A stretch of DNA of 64,000 nucleotides from Eledone cirrhosa. Taxonomy: Eukaryota. Location of the stretch: positions 28,086,001-28,150,000 of the forward strand of contig OZ024755.1 of assembly GCA_964016885.1 (NCBI GenBank). The letters run 5' to 3'. This document shows positions 1-14,009 of this stretch, one piece after another (position 1 is the stretch's first letter; each line of letters opens with the position of its first letter). A program made the translations under genes and the position numbers. A model generated the notes under the pieces. That model was given only the letters and a program-made list of their open reading frames with translations, made no database searches and had not been told where the DNA came from.

Positions 1-172
1 CTTTAGGCACAAGGCCAGCAATTACCCAGTACATTACTGGTACTTTATTTTATCGACCCCGTAAGGATGAAAGGCAAAGTTAACCTCGACGGGATTTGAA
101 CTCAGACTGTAAAGGGACGTAACTATGCTAGAAATCATGGCGTCCAACCCTCTACCGATACACCCAAATTCA
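1..172 (-). mobile_element. tRNA-derived Nin-domain SINE, main family (3' end cut by window edge)
   Basis: Reverse complement has B-box GAGTTCAAATCC and the core TTTGCCTTTCATCCTTACGGGGTCGATAAAATAAAGTACCAG shared by about 25 copies in this window. Confidence 0.9.
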
Positions 173-582
173 ACGACCATGAATTATATATCACTTAGAA
201 AATGAACAGCAAAAGGTGATATGGGGAAAAGATGTAATATTTACCGATGATATATTTACTATTTTCGACACAATGCTCATGTCTTACACCTATACGTCAC
301 AAATCGATGCCTTCACTTATGCAGCCCTGCATCATCCCACTTGTCCCAAATGTAAATGATCGGGCCCCACTCTGGAATCAATAGCTGATCAGACATTTGG
401 TTTCCTTAAAGCTTTACATTACCATTTCTCACACTAGAAGTGTTTTGATCTTCCTTGTTTGTTTACGGGGAGAATTTAGAGGAAAAGTGAGAAGAATTGA
501 TGTATGTAGATAACATGAGAAAGGAAGGGAGGAGTGAGGAAAGAAAGAAAGAAACAAAACAATTTAAATGAGGTATTCATAA

Positions 583-766
583 ATAATTGTTTCTACATTT
601 GGCACAAGGCCAGCAATTATCCCAGTGCATTATATTTTATCGACCCCCGTAAGGATGAAAGGCAAAGTTAACGTCGGCGGGTTTGAACTCAGACTGGAAA
701 GGGACATAACTCTTTGCTGGAAAGCATGGTGTCTGACACTATACCGATACTGCCATTCCACGGCCC
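583..766 (-). mobile_element. SINE, main family, near full length
   Basis: Same consensus; approximate TSD TTCATAAA(A)TAAT. Confidence 0.9.
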
Positions 767-2339
767 TCTTCATAAAAATAATAATTGGTGAATGATCTGA
801 ATTTCACCGTGGTATATCCAGAGAATCAGCAAATGAGCTTTGATAATATAAATCAATCCCGACCATTCACCCGTCTTCCCTGCATTTGTTTTAAAACTTA
901 TTTCAAAATGTCTGCACTTTTATATTATTACTACGAGTGCGATGTTTCTAATTTAGTCTCATATCAATGCTTTTTCTCTATTCCAGATGGAATATAAAAT
1001 CAATGATCGCCAGAATACAAAAGACATTAAAGAAATACACCTGCATTAAAAACACCAACAAAATAGATATATAGAAATATTGTTAAAGCTATGGTTGCCT
1101 GGAAATCTAAGAGATTATTCCATGTCTCCAATTATGTCTGTTTTATATGATACTGATTTAAATGTGTGTAATTTTCTTTCTTTTTTTCATCATTACTGTT
1201 ATTTGTGTTTGGTATATTTTTTTTATATTTATTCCAAAATCATAAGGAGTTTCCGAATATTTTGACTGCAGAAACGAAAACTACTGATTTCGTTACGTAT
1301 CGTAATTTGAAGCATATTTTAGAATGCTTAGTAAAAAATAGCAATTATCAGAATACATATGAAATACGTATCTATTAAAATCTTCCTGTAGTAAAAGGAA
1401 TACTGACTGAATAGAGTTTATATATTATTATATTATATTCCAATTTATTTTTGTTTTTCTCATCAAAGATATTTTAATGGGGATAAAATGTAATTGTGAT
1501 GATTATATTTATAAAACGCTATTTCTAAGACTTATTCTTTCTACATTATTAATCATTTAATGTTCGGTTTAGTATACATTGTGTATCGTTTCTATGTTTT
1601 CTTCTTTAAAATATATTGAGCACATTTTAAACTTCCAATTTAATGCACATTTAAAAATTTCAAATTATATTTTTGGAAACGTTATTCGTTGATGTTGCAC
1701 TTGGTATTTACACAGTATGCAATGTACATAAATACCCCACGGTGGCCAAGGGTGTAAGCATGTATTGGGTATTTTAATTTTCGAATCCCTTTATGACGCC
1801 CTAAATTTGCAATGTTACATCTCATTTAATATGTGTTTTAGCATTTGCCTCACGAAATTTTTTATATCACCAACAACTCATTCTCTTCGGATATTTCCGG
1901 ATCGTTGCTTCGTGTTTTTTAATATGTGCATTGGTGTGTTATCACTCATGCTTTTCTGCCTTTTGTCATGAAATGTTGAATAAATTCCTACTTAAACACA
2001 GCCGTAAAACGACAGGAAATACTGTGTCTATTTAAGTCAGATCCAGTCAATGTCCTCCTAAAAATAAACTCACTGTAAATGTTGATGTTGTCCTGGAAAA
2101 TGATACATCTTCATGTTCCAGAAACTCACATAATAATTCTGGATAACTGACACATGAAACTTCATTACTGCGTAATTTAGAGATTAATTAACATTATGAT
2201 TGTGTTTATATCAACATATTTCCCAGAAGTTATGTGAAAACAAATTTCACTAATGACATGAAGGTATACAGAGATAAATAGAAAGAGAGAAAAAGAAATA
2301 TATAAGAAACAGCTTTTACACTCATTATCTTTTATATAA

Positions 2340-2680
2340 ACACATATACACCAGGTCCGAACGCAAAAGAACCAAACTCCCACTGTCACTGCCTCCATCT
2401 CTCCCGCTCTCCACATCTCGCACTATTGTGAGAAAATGAGGACCCATGCGTTGGCTCCCCCCCCCCCCTTCGCCCCCGGTGGCCAGAATAGAGAAGGGTT
2501 TTCCGTAGAGGATGGTGAGGGAGACGCACTGGAAGAGCCATTCCAGCTCGCGAAGCTCACATCTGCGGGTAGCCAACCCTACCCCGGTGCTGGTGAGCAA
2601 GGAGGTGGCCCTAGACCCAAGGACACCAGAATTTTCCACTATGACTTGACCATAAACCTGTCGGAGAGCGACCGATAATT
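2340..2680 (-). mobile_element. CRE-clade non-LTR retrotransposon 3' fragment (end of the restriction-like endonuclease domain plus 3' UTR)
   Basis: Minus-strand ENSGVLG..ATSLL..RELEWLFQCVSLTILYG.FSIL resembles the CRE C-terminus AVET.G..G...RISL.I.RGN; homologous to 27005-27228 and 46452-46800. Confidence 0.75.
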
Positions 2681-2742
2681 GGAAAGTTCACCCTCCTAGG
2701 CAGTAGTACAGCAGAGCTTGGGTCAGTCGCTGAGATGGTTAT

Positions 2743-2929
2743 AATTGTTTCTACTTTTGGCACAAGGCCAGCAATTATCCCAGTGTATTACTGGTACTTT
2801 ATTTTATCGACCCCGTCAGGATGAAAGGCAAAGTTAACCTCGGCGGGATTTGAACTCAGAATGACAAGGGCCGTAACTCTATGCGTCAAAGCATGGCGTC
2901 CAACCCTCTACCGATTCTGCCAATCCACC
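2743..2929 (-). mobile_element. SINE, main family, full length
   Basis: Consensus match; 19-bp TSD TCGCTGAGATGGTTATAAT. Confidence 0.95.
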
Positions 2930-4189
2930 AATTCGCTGAGATGGTTATAATATTATTTCGTTTGCTTTTTTTTTTATAGTAAAACGTAATGTTTTCGGTT
3001 GCCAGTCTGACACACTTAACTACGGCGCTTTTATATATATAATATCCATCTAAATTAGCTGAACGATTATTATTCCCAATACAGGATTGGTGACACTGCT
3101 ATTCTTATCATTTGGTGCAATCCAATGGAACAATAAAATACCTGGTCAATTGCAAAGAAGAAACTTGCTCACTTATTTTCAAGTAATGAATTTAAATTCA
3201 GATATATCACAATGTCATAGAAGTTTCTATCTGATACACGTTTTCCCTAAAGGATAGTTTATTTTCTTACAGTCTTGTCGAGTTGGAATTCACATCATCA
3301 AAATAAAAGATCTGGTTTTGTATATTTTCTCACTACTGAAACATCACTATTCTGAGAAGTGTCCAGGATGTGAATTCCTGGGTGATCTAAAGATGCCAAT
3401 TTGACACTGCACCCGAATTTCATTTTTCTATGTGCAACACTTGCATCATATATAATCTTTGCATGTAAATCATACCTGCCTGTTGATAGTTGAAGAATTA
3501 TACAATTACAATTGAAACTTTGTCCCAATTGAAAATAATTTTCCACTATAATTTAGCAACTTTTGTGATACAATTCCCTTAACAATTATATATTTCCTTC
3601 ATCTTCTATTGGCTACAAAATTATTGAGACTACGTCTATTAGCACAATGATAACATGATACATATTTCATGAAGTCGTGATTTATTTGATAAGCACATCT
3701 GGAAATGCCATTAGGTCATCGTTGACTAAACATTATAAACCCTTCTATTAGGAAGAGCCATCTCTTGTAGTACCCAATGATACTGTTATAGTTTGTCTAT
3801 TTAATTATTGGACGTGTTCCATCCTTTCTTCCATTTCTCATAGCATTTTGTACACCATTAGCTAAACGATATTTTCTATAATAATTCTATCAAAAGTGTT
3901 GAGTAGTCTAGCTCCCAACACCTATTACTGTATCGCAAAAATGCAGTTTTCCTAAGGTGCATGTGTAAAAACGTCGATTGTAAATTCCAATTTTATTCTA
4001 AATGCCATCCAGTGCTATATTTGCATCCATATAAAAGGGCAGGGCAATGCATAATTGCACTAATTAATTTTGCTCTTTTAATTGTGATAATGAACATGAT
4101 TTGCCAGTAAGACATTACAATATTCTAGTAAACAGTTGGAATAATAAAACATTGCCTTAATGGCAACAGACTTATCGTAAATAAGGGTC

Positions 4190-4400
4190 TCTGATTTAGG
4201 CACATGGTGAGCAATTTGTGGGGAGGGAAAGTCGATTAAATTTACTCCAGTGCATGGCTAGTATTTTATGTTATCGACCCTATAAGGATGAAAGGCAAAG
4301 TTAACTTCGGTGGGATTCGAACACAGAACGTAAAAGGCCGTGACTCTATGCCGAGAAGCAGAGTGTCCGACGGTCTACCGATACTGCCAATCCACTGCCC
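4190..4400 (-). mobile_element. SINE, older long variant
   Basis: Consensus plus extra segment GGGGAGGGAAAGTCGATTAAAT near the 3' end. Confidence 0.85.
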
Positions 4401-5526
4401 TGAACGTATCGTAAATAATGGAATATTTTCTCAACAAGTATGTGCTTTACTCTTTAGAACTGATATGATACGTTAAATTCTCTATGGGAATGTTGGTCAT
4501 CATTTGTATCAATTAATAATGAATTATCTCTGTTACATCTGGGCATGTCTCCTGCGCACGGACATACATTATCTCATGATATTATCTATCACCTTGTTTC
4601 ATTTTGTAGTCTGTCTGTGGCACCTAATCTTTCTCAACTTTTATCACTTTATTATTTTCAATATATTACAGTTCTATGTTTTAATTATTCGTCAATTCTA
4701 CTTTTTATTTGTTCATTAAATTATTTTTGCTTTTTTTGTTAGTTTGTTGTCTTACATTACAAGCTCATGGATTTCTTTTCTGTAGAACTTTATTTACAAA
4801 GATTACTGACATAATTTAGATTTTATTTTTAAATCCTCTTTTCTATTTGAATACTAGTTACTAATTTGTAACTAGCTTGTGTTCTGATTTGCTCTTTATC
4901 TTCATTAACCGCTTTTCCAATATTCTCGCGTAGGTCTAACTTGCTGTCGTTTCCTCTGAGATTCCTGCGGTTTTTCATGATACCGTTTCAAACGATAACA
5001 TTGATTTTCTTGAATTCGCATTGCTGTGGTTTTGTCAGAAATATGATAGGTCTTACAGCTTCACATACACTCTTTTCATGCGGATTGTTCTCTAAATCTT
5101 TCATCTGTACTTACGTGATATTTCTGAAAAATTAGCTACTTTTTAAATACAAAAAGAGTTCCCTGCACTGCCAGGGAAATAATTCACTAAATTCGTGACC
5201 ATTTTTTTAATAAAACGGGAACCTTGGTTGTTCTACTGGATACTCTATCTTAAATAATGTAAAAGGTTCCGATAGTCTCAGTTGAAAATGTCTAGGAAAT
5301 AATTGCGATTTTGTATACATTATGTGAAAAGACATAATTATATGTGGGTGTTACTGTGAAATTATCTAACGGGAAATATAAAATAGTTTCAATAACGGAC
5401 TTGGAAAAATAAGTACTGGACTCGACATGATCATTTACATGACATGAATGATGTGTCCCAACATGGTCGTAATCTAATGACTAATATTTTACTATATTTC
5501 TTATGTATAGTTACATTTATTATATA

Positions 5527-5694
5527 CCATATGTCCCGGCGCCGAAGGCGCTTCGTACTCGAGGACGAACCCTAATTTTGATAACCAAAAATTTGAAAAA
5601 AAATAATAAACAACCTTCGACCTCCAGGACGTATGGGAGATTTTTTAGACTTATTTTAGGAAAAAAGTAGCGTCTTCGACGTCGGGAAATAGGG
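5527..5694. mobile_element. Tc1/mariner-type MITE (168 bp)
   Basis: 25-bp imperfect terminal inverted repeats (TIRs), CCATATGTCCCGGCGCCGAAGGCGC vs CCCTATTTCCCGACGTCGAAGACGC (20/25), with TA on both sides. Confidence 0.75.
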
Positions 5695-6651
5695 TAGTTA
5701 TTATTTAGTTCAATGGCAAAACATATGCCCAAGAAGATAGGGTGGCCATTGGCTGGTGACATAGATAATCTCTTTATGGTATGGTAGGACAAGAGAGTTA
5801 AGGAACACTTAGAAGGTAGAAGTCAAGAGAGAATATTTCCTTGTCGACCTTCGGTTTCTCCATCCAAAGCTGCAGTCTGTTTTACTCTCGATATTTCTCA
5901 GAGTTTGGGCATGTGTGAGAATAATTTTTATCTTTGATTTCAATCGTGTAGGGATCGACAGGGAATCACCAGTGATATTCCGATGTTTGATATTTTTCAT
6001 ACAATTTTTACTCCCATCTCTACTTCTGCTTTCATCGTCCAATTTTGTTTTACACCAGACAACAAACACACATACACAAAGACTCTCTCTCTCTCCCTCT
6101 CTTTTTATGGGTTTCAGTCCTCACTTTCAATGTTTCACCTCTTTCCTCAAGCTATCTCACAATTTCCCACTTGACACTTCATCTCTAGCCTGCGTTATTA
6201 CAAATGTGTGGTATTTTATTATGCTTGAATTTTAGAAAGAAAATACAATGAATTAAAAAATACACGTCTCCTTATATCTTTAGAGAGATGTTTATGGTGC
6301 ATGCTAGTCAATATATCTGTTAGTTTTGGGTTGATGATAAAGGATTATTTTTCCTAATGTTATGTTTTTGTCCAAAATATTTTCTTTCTTATTAATATAG
6401 GATGGTTTCAAATTACACCGGTCACCTTTTATCAATATATGACGAAACGATATGTTACTAGTTAAATAATACGTTCGTCTACATAAATTTAACATGGTTC
6501 ACAACATTTACAGTTTTATGCTGAAGTTGGAATTCAATATTAGTAGGTTCAGTATTTGTGTTGTCACTGTTTAATTCCAAGACAATAATAATCGAGGGTA
6601 TTTATTGACGGAACCATTCCAAATGCGAAGGGCTCATTATTTTAGTTGTAT

Positions 6652-6838
6652 GTGGATTGGCAGTATCGGTAGAGGGTCGGACACCATGCTTTGAAGCATA
6701 GAGTTACCTCCCTTTATGATCTGAGTTCAAATCCCGCCGAGGTTAACTTTGCCTTTCATCCTTACGGGGTCGATAAAATAAAGTACCAGTAATACTCTGG
6801 GATAATTGCTGGTCTTGTGCCAAAAGTAGAAACAATTA
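6652..6838 (+). mobile_element. SINE, main family, full length
   Basis: Consensus match; 18-bp TSD ATTATTTTAGTTGTATGT. Confidence 0.95.
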
Positions 6839-7261
6839 TTTTAGTTGTATGTAAGTCATATTTGATTTCGGTGGGGTTTGAACTCAGAAGATACTGCGCC
6901 TAAGCAAATAACGAAGCATATTTATTCCGACACCCTAATGCCTCAATACGATCTCCTGCTTATATATAACACTATATATGCAGATATATTGGTGTACTTT
7001 CGATCAATCAAAACTTCCATGTATTCCTAAGAGAACAGAGACTGAAATAAAGTAATATGTCACAGTTTCACGCTGATTGATAATTCACTCGTTAATGAGT
7101 TAGCTTCTTCTGTGTATTCATTTGGACGTATCAATAGTTATACCATAATGAAATCTCACAGTCTGTAGAAAATATAAAGACATATGATACGCACAACTAA
7201 GTGACTGTGAATATTATATAAAACAAATAACTCATATTATGCATAAGTACTATTCTCATTG

Positions 7262-7997
7262 CCCCACGAAATAACCCTAGTGAAAATCCTTGATTCTGAA
7301 ACCTATCACCGGATATTAATCGATTTATCCTCACGAAATAACCCTAGTGAAAATCGTTGATTCTGAAACCTATCACGGGATATTAATCGATTTATCCTCA
7401 CGAAATAACACTAGTGAAAATCCTTGATTCTGAAACCTATCACCGGATATTAATCGATTTATCCTCACGAAATAACCCTAGTGAAAATCGTTGATTCTGA
7501 AACCTATCACCGGATATTAATCGATTTATCCTCACGAAATAACCCTAGTGAAAATCCTTGATTCCGAAACCTATCACCGGATATTAATCGATTTATCCTC
7601 ACGAAATAACCCTAGTGAAAATCCTTGATTCCGAAACCTATCACCGGATATTAATCGATTTATCCTCACGAAATAACCCTAGTGAAAATCATTGATTCCG
7701 AAACCTATCACCGGATATTAATCGATTTATCCTCACGAAATAACCCTAGTGAAAATCGTTGATTCTGAAACCTATCACCGGATATTAATCGATTTATCCT
7801 CACGAATAACCCTAGTGAAAATCGTTGATTCTGAAACCTATCACCGGATATTAATCGATTTATCCTCACGAAATAACCCTAGTGAAAATCCTTGATTCTG
7901 AAACCTATCACCGGATATTAGTTGCTGTAGCCTCACGAAATAATTCTAATGAAAATCATTGAGTCTAAATCCGATTGCCAGATATCAATCGCTGTAA
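7262..7997. repeat. 67-bp minisatellite, about 11 copies
   Basis: Unit CCTCACGAAATAACCCTAGTGAAAATCCTTGATTCTGAAACCTATCACCGGATATTAATCGATTTAT; no spacers; last copy degenerate. Confidence 0.97.
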
Positions 7998-10014
7998 TAA
8001 TATATTAAATATTAAGCTATATATACACCCCATGAAAACCAAGATACATTACTCACGTCATTGAACTAAATCTTACTGCTGACCAGATGGAATAGGCTTA
8101 ACAATAAACACTGGACTCTAAGTGAGTGTATTGATAAGCGCTTGGTTCCTCGCCACTGACAACATTTCAGTATAACTTTTAACATGCATCCATTTATGTC
8201 AAAGCTGTGAATCTATGCTGCATCAATCTCCTCAGTAGTTATACCTGTAGTCATGTTTGATTTACATAAACATGAATTCTCATACACATTTACAAACTCA
8301 TAGTTTGGCATCAAGTTTGGCGTAATATCTCTTAATGTGCTCATTCATATCGCGAACATATAATCGAAAATTGCATTCTTAGAATTTACAGATTTCTAGA
8401 CTTACAGATTTCTAATAAATGGCTCAGATTACATAATGTGAGATAAAGCGCCATGTAATTGAAATTGAATCGAACTTATTTAAAGTAAATCAAATTTAAG
8501 TAACTCTATTATAAAAAATAATTGTATTTTAGGAACAGGATTTAATCAGCTAATTTATTTGTTCCACAGGTCATTAAACTCAACCTTCTTAACGTGGGAG
8601 TTAAAGTATAAACCATTCATTTAGAAGTCATCCAGCAAAATTAATTTCTTCTACGTAACCACTCTTGGTCTCGTATTGTACACTACATCAGTTTTACTAA
8701 CCAAACAAAATCATTTAGGATGTTATTGATATTTCTGATGAGATAATCTCATTTTACATATTCTTCGGCAAGAAGATAGTCAGAAAAGTGTGTTTAAGAA
8801 GTTTATGGAAATGACAACAAAGTAATTGTAACACTATGTGAATTTAAAGAAGGGAATGTCAAATTGGCTTTTACAAGTGTCATATTTCTTAGATTTTTGG
8901 AGTATAACTAATTTAATATTGATGATGCTACAAACTTCAACGAGAAAATAACGAGAACAATTCATATAAACAGTGGGGTAAATATAAATCATGATTAGAT
9001 TTATAGAAAATTTGCGTGGAAATAATCAAATGAATATAAAAGGAAATCAATGACAGTATAAAATACTCAGGCAAAATTAAATACTTTCAAAAGTAGATTT
9101 ATCAATTATGTATGCCATTTAATTAAATGTGTTGATATATTGACTATTAAAATCCAATCTAATGGAAATATATCAGTTGACATATGTAATTCAAATGAAT
9201 TTGAATCGTTTCGAAATGTAATCGGTCAATTAAATATGTTTAAATAAAAATTCATGTGATAGGATACAAATTATCAGTAAAACAATGACCCATTTGATAA
9301 CAAAAGTATAAATTCAAAACCAGATTATTGTCATTCTATCTTAAATAAATTGATGGTGATTAATAGAAAGGATATGACAATTACATCCTACAACAGTTGA
9401 GATTTTTTTAAAAATTAACCGTTACTAATAGACGATGGAAAACTTTACATCCAAAAGAGTGAATTGTTAGGACTGCGTTATTTTAACTAATTGATTACAG
9501 AATTAATATTATTTAAATTAAATTACAAGAACTATTTCGGCTAAAATTATTTAAATTTTTAAAATACTTAAAGCATATAGAATGAAAGCAATTAGCAAAT
9601 TTCAAAACCAGAATTTTAAGATAAGAAATAAAACATTTAGAATCTATAGTAACAAAATGCAATGTGAAATGACAGTAAAGCAAATAACAATTTTAAAATG
9701 CTGTTGGGCAAGAAATTGCTTGAATTTAGGAGAATCTAAGTTCATTAAAAAAGAATGAAATGCATTTTGAAAATCTAACACAAAACCAAACAATTATGTT
9801 TAACTATAATTTTGACTGATACAAACAGTACAGAGCAGAAGCAGCAACCCATATTTGCCAGTTTTATGTAAACTGTACTATTTTGAGCTGATGAGATACA
9901 TAGATATTCCCTTGTGTTTATCAACATATGATATCTAATAAACTACTGAGGACCTCATAAATATCTCAGGTAATACAACTTGAGGGCATATCGTAAAATA
10001 CCTTGGACAGAACA

Positions 10015-10330
10015 TTTCTTTCTGACGCTAAACTCCGCCAGTTGCAAACTGCGCATTAATATGTGATATCTCTCTCCACAAAGTTCGATCACCAGCAACA
10101 GAGTTCAAAGATCAAGTCCAGTCCATAGGTTGACATTATCAAGCCATCGTTTTGGCTGCCGGCCTCTGTTTCTCTTACCAGCCAACCTTCCTTGCAGGCA
10201 TAACCTACTTACACCACCAGTTGATTTTTTTTATATATGACCATATAGTGTGAATACTCGTGACTTGCCAATTGATGTAATTGGTCTAAGTTTGGTAATG
10301 TTGAGCAGCTCACTGTTATATATACAGTTG
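10015..10330 (-). mobile_element. RTE-clade LINE 3' fragment
   Basis: Homologous to 40438-40890; minus-strand KSRVFTLYGHI...RGRQPKRWLDNV. Confidence 0.8.
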
Positions 10331-10334
10331 TGTT

Positions 10335-10570
10335 ATATGGTCGTGACTGTGTTAATATGGCCAGATGGGGCTACAAGACCGGCCCAACCATCTGCGAATG
10401 CGGAGAGGAGGACCATACGAGGCAGCACTGCCTTATTTGCCCTCTTACTACCCAACCAGTGCAGCTTAAAAGATCTCGCAGAGTTTAATAATAATGCAAA
10501 GGATTGTGTAAAGAAATGGGAAACTATCATATAACCACATGCTTCGAAGATACGAAAAGAAGAAGAAAAT
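10335..10570 (+). mobile_element. Ingi/Vingi-like LINE 3' fragment
   Basis: GRDCVNMARWGYKTGPTICECGEEDHTRQHCLICP (CCHC knuckle), then a frameshift and ..DLAEFN..WETII*; ends in an (AAG)n tail. Confidence 0.65.
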
Positions 10571-12071
10571 TAGACGGCAAGGTCACTTCAGAAGCTCTCT
10601 ACATTCCAGAACCACATCATGAGACTGGCAATCGACTCAGACAGAACATTAGACAGAATCAATATATTTATATAAAACTAGTCAAATACCACGACATAAC
10701 AATGCCAATGAATATATGTATAATATTTCATATCTCCAAATGTTATTTTAAAATGCAAAACGAGCGTTCTAAGCGAATCTGTTCATTATCTTAGAGCAGT
10801 AAAGAAAATCAATATTTGCAATTCATTAAATTAATATTTGTAATTAATTAAATAAATATTTGTAACTACGAGTTGTTGAATAACCTGCATATAAAATTGT
10901 ATTAATAAATGTTCAATATCACCATATATTTTGCAGGCATTTTCTCCACTGATTATATCTGTTTCTGAATTACCTAAATGATATCTTTTATACTATCTAT
11001 GATGTTAAATAATGTGCTTTATTTCACAATCATTCTCAGTACTGATCTAAGATAATTTCTTACATGAATTGTTTGTACATAGAATGATCCAGTATATTAT
11101 CAACATTGGTGAAAGCACCAATATTTATATCCACTGAAGCAAAAATACATTCTCGCTTCATAATATTATATTATATGTATACACATGTTCTCCCATTTTG
11201 CTTCAAGCATTGCTGTATTACATCATACAATTGATAGTGTTCTCTCATTAAATATCCGTATCTTACAATCTTCACAGATTCTCTCAGTATCAGATGAACA
11301 TTCACTATATCAAATCTTTCAGAGAATCTCAATTATATTTTTCTCCTGGGCATTCCGTCTGAATGAAACGTTGCCATGCAGCACGTTTCTTTTTTCCCAA
11401 TCGTTTTCTTATATTGTTTTATTTGAAATATTAATATGCATCTATGTATATGATAAGGATATACTTGCTGGATTATATAAGATACTTTTACTTTAGTAAC
11501 AAATTTCTACTTCTTTATTCTTAATTATAACGTTTATGTTGCTTTCGTTTTCTCTCCTAGTGAATAACTTTTCTTTGTGTATGCAATCTACCACATCGTA
11601 ACATTTGATGGAACCTAATATGTATGATTATCATAGTTTTGTAACAGCATACTATTTGATTTATATTGTATCAACTGTTTGGTTCTCTAAAGGCAAATCA
11701 AATTAAATTGTTCCAATATTGGCCGTCATAAGTTGTCATTTAGCCCCATATTTATTGAGAACGAGGGGACAACTGAACAACGACACCTGAAGAAATGTGT
11801 ATAATTCGGGTTCCCTCAGGTATAAGTTATATATATTTCTTTAGTCAGATGAGCATTGACATTCTGTGTGTCAAATGTCATCTTTTTTTTTTTGCAACCA
11901 TAAGGTAGCAAATTACTGTAAAAAATGATACTGAACTTGATATATCTTGATGCATCCCACTCATACACATATATTCACACATATTCTCATAAAATATGTT
12001 TCGAGAAGTACATATATTTTCATGAATATATATATATATATATATGTATATATATGTATATATATATATAT

Positions 12072-12270
12072 TATTGGGAGGATCATTCTGCCAATAAACA
12101 CACACGCACCTGTTGGTTTTCACTTCCATTTATTATAAGTTTCCGGTTGGTTGGTTGGAAGGTAATACCCGTAGTGGTAGAACACCCAGTCCATGGGACG
12201 AGTTAGGTAGAAGTGGTTACACAACAGTTAGTTCACCATACCGAGAACAATTGTTTCACCTTAGCGGATC

Positions 12271-12278
<8 letters not shown>
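12072..12278 (-). mobile_element. Penelope-like terminal-repeat fragment with partial hammerhead core
   Basis: Minus strand CTGAGGA-TCCGCTAAGGT-GAAACAATTGTT; related to 43065-43195 and partly to 12311-12692; bounded by (TA)n. Confidence 0.6.
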
Positions 12279-12310
<32 letters not shown>

Positions 12311-12312
<2 letters not shown>

Positions 12313-12687
12313 CGTTTCTGAATTTGTTTAGCAAGATTCTTTATCTAAAATCGTGTGTTGAAACCGATAGTGTTATACTTTGGGAGGGTCATGTTGCCAA
12401 TAAGAAACACACGCACTAGTTGCTTTCACTGAGCACACAACACACACAGAAACAAAATGGCGTAGGACAGAACAAAGGAGAGGCACAGAAACAAAGAAAG
12501 GAATCCCCAGTCACTGAAGAGGTCACAGAGTGTGTGACGAAAGAACTATGACTATATATAAACAACTATCTGGTTGTGGAACCAACCAACCAACCAGAAA
12601 TTTATAAATTTATAAATATATAATAAATTGAAGTGAAAGCAACTGGTGCGTGTATTTCTTATTGGCAACATGACCCTCCCAAAGTAT

Positions 12688-12692
<5 letters not shown>
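12311..12692 (+). mobile_element. Penelope-like inverted terminal-repeat element in (TA)n
   Basis: About 60-bp inverted arms (12372-12430 / 12632-12690) enclosing a hammerhead; further copy at 57418-57538. Confidence 0.7.
12509..12553 (+). ncRNA. Minimal type-I hammerhead ribozyme motif
   Basis: AGTCA-CTGAAGA-G GTCACA GAGTG TGTGAC-GAAA GAAC TA-TGACT (stem I, core, stem II, short stem III, CUA triplet). Confidence 0.7.
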
Positions 12693-12732
<40 letters not shown>

Positions 12733-13606
12733 TCTATCTTTCTGTGTTTCTGTTTGGGTCACAGTGTGTGTGTATGTGTGTTTGAGCGCGTGTTTATAAT
12801 GAGTACTATTATAACGCACCAACACCTACCGTATCATCAACACCCAATGAAAACACTTACATTGGAAAGTCGAGTGAACCCCATTAACTTCAAACAACAC
12901 TTACAGCGTATGTATATGTCTAAGAAATATATTTTGAAAAAATAAATTCTATATTACAAAACGAACTTGACGAACTTTATATTGGACCGTCAAGTATGAA
13001 ATTTGTAGAAATTCATACAGATTACTTTTTTCTACAGATTACTACAAACGTCTTACTTGACAACCCAATATATTTCACTACTAGCAAAGCTTTTATAGTG
13101 CGTACTGTTTTTCTTCTACATTTATCGTGTGTTGAATACAAACATAATTGCCTTTCCACTGGGATGCTCGATATATGATTCAACATATATATATTAGATT
13201 GAAACCTTTTCTCTAATTATATATTTTACTGATATATTTTACTGATATATTTTACTGATATAATTATTTTTCTTTTTCTTTTTCGCCAACGAAACATTAA
13301 TGATAATCATTTCTCTGGTAACTTTATTACACCTAATATTATCGGTTATCATTTGTCCAGAAAATGTGAAGTCACATCTGTATGTTCTTAATTTGTACAT
13401 CGAATGTTATACTTGTGACAACAGACGGTATCTATTCATATTATTGACACAACATTTTGAATTGAGGATGAGTGTAGGTGATTAAATATTCCAAAATAGC
13501 GTATGCGTCTGTATACATCTACCTAAGAGGAAAGCATAATCTACAACGGTGGTAATAACAATTTCTAATAATAGTAATTACAATAATTATTTCCAATTTG
13601 TTATAA

Positions 13607-13790
13607 TAATTGTTTCTACTTTAGGCACAAGGCCAGCAATTACCCAGTTCATTACTGGTACTTTATTTTATCGACCCCGTAAGGATGAAAGGCAAAGTCA
13701 ACCTCGGCGGGATTTGAACTCAGATCGTAAAGGGACGTAACTATGCTGGAAAGCATGGCGTCCAACCCTCTACCGATACTGCCAATCCAA
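13607..13790 (-). mobile_element. SINE, main family, full length
   Basis: Consensus match, within TAA repeats. Confidence 0.95.
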
Positions 13791-14009
13791 TAATAATAAT
13801 AATAATATTTATTTATTTATTTTCGTCTACAACGTGATGGTGATATAACCATAAATTCACTAATCCTCGATATGAGTGTTTAAATGTCGAACCTAAACAG
13901 TTCGAATAACGGTGAAAAGGAGACTGGAATGTCATGTGAAAGACTCTCACCCAACAAGTGCTCCCTGGCCCAACAGCAGGGACCTGGCTGTCATCCAAAT
14001 ACTGCTGGT

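Noticed and set aside
965-1050. Acceptor-like TTTTTCTCTATTCCAG followed by a short open frame
   Set aside because: Only about 20 codons, with no partner exons or homology evidence.
3298-4100. 82-aa ORF and a faint LLYGC-like motif on the minus strand
   Set aside because: No recognisable domain; at most a very old LINE, too degraded to call.
7262-7997. CRISPR-like appearance of the regular array (also 54600-55097)
   Set aside because: Head-to-tail units with no unique spacers, eukaryotic context and no cas genes.
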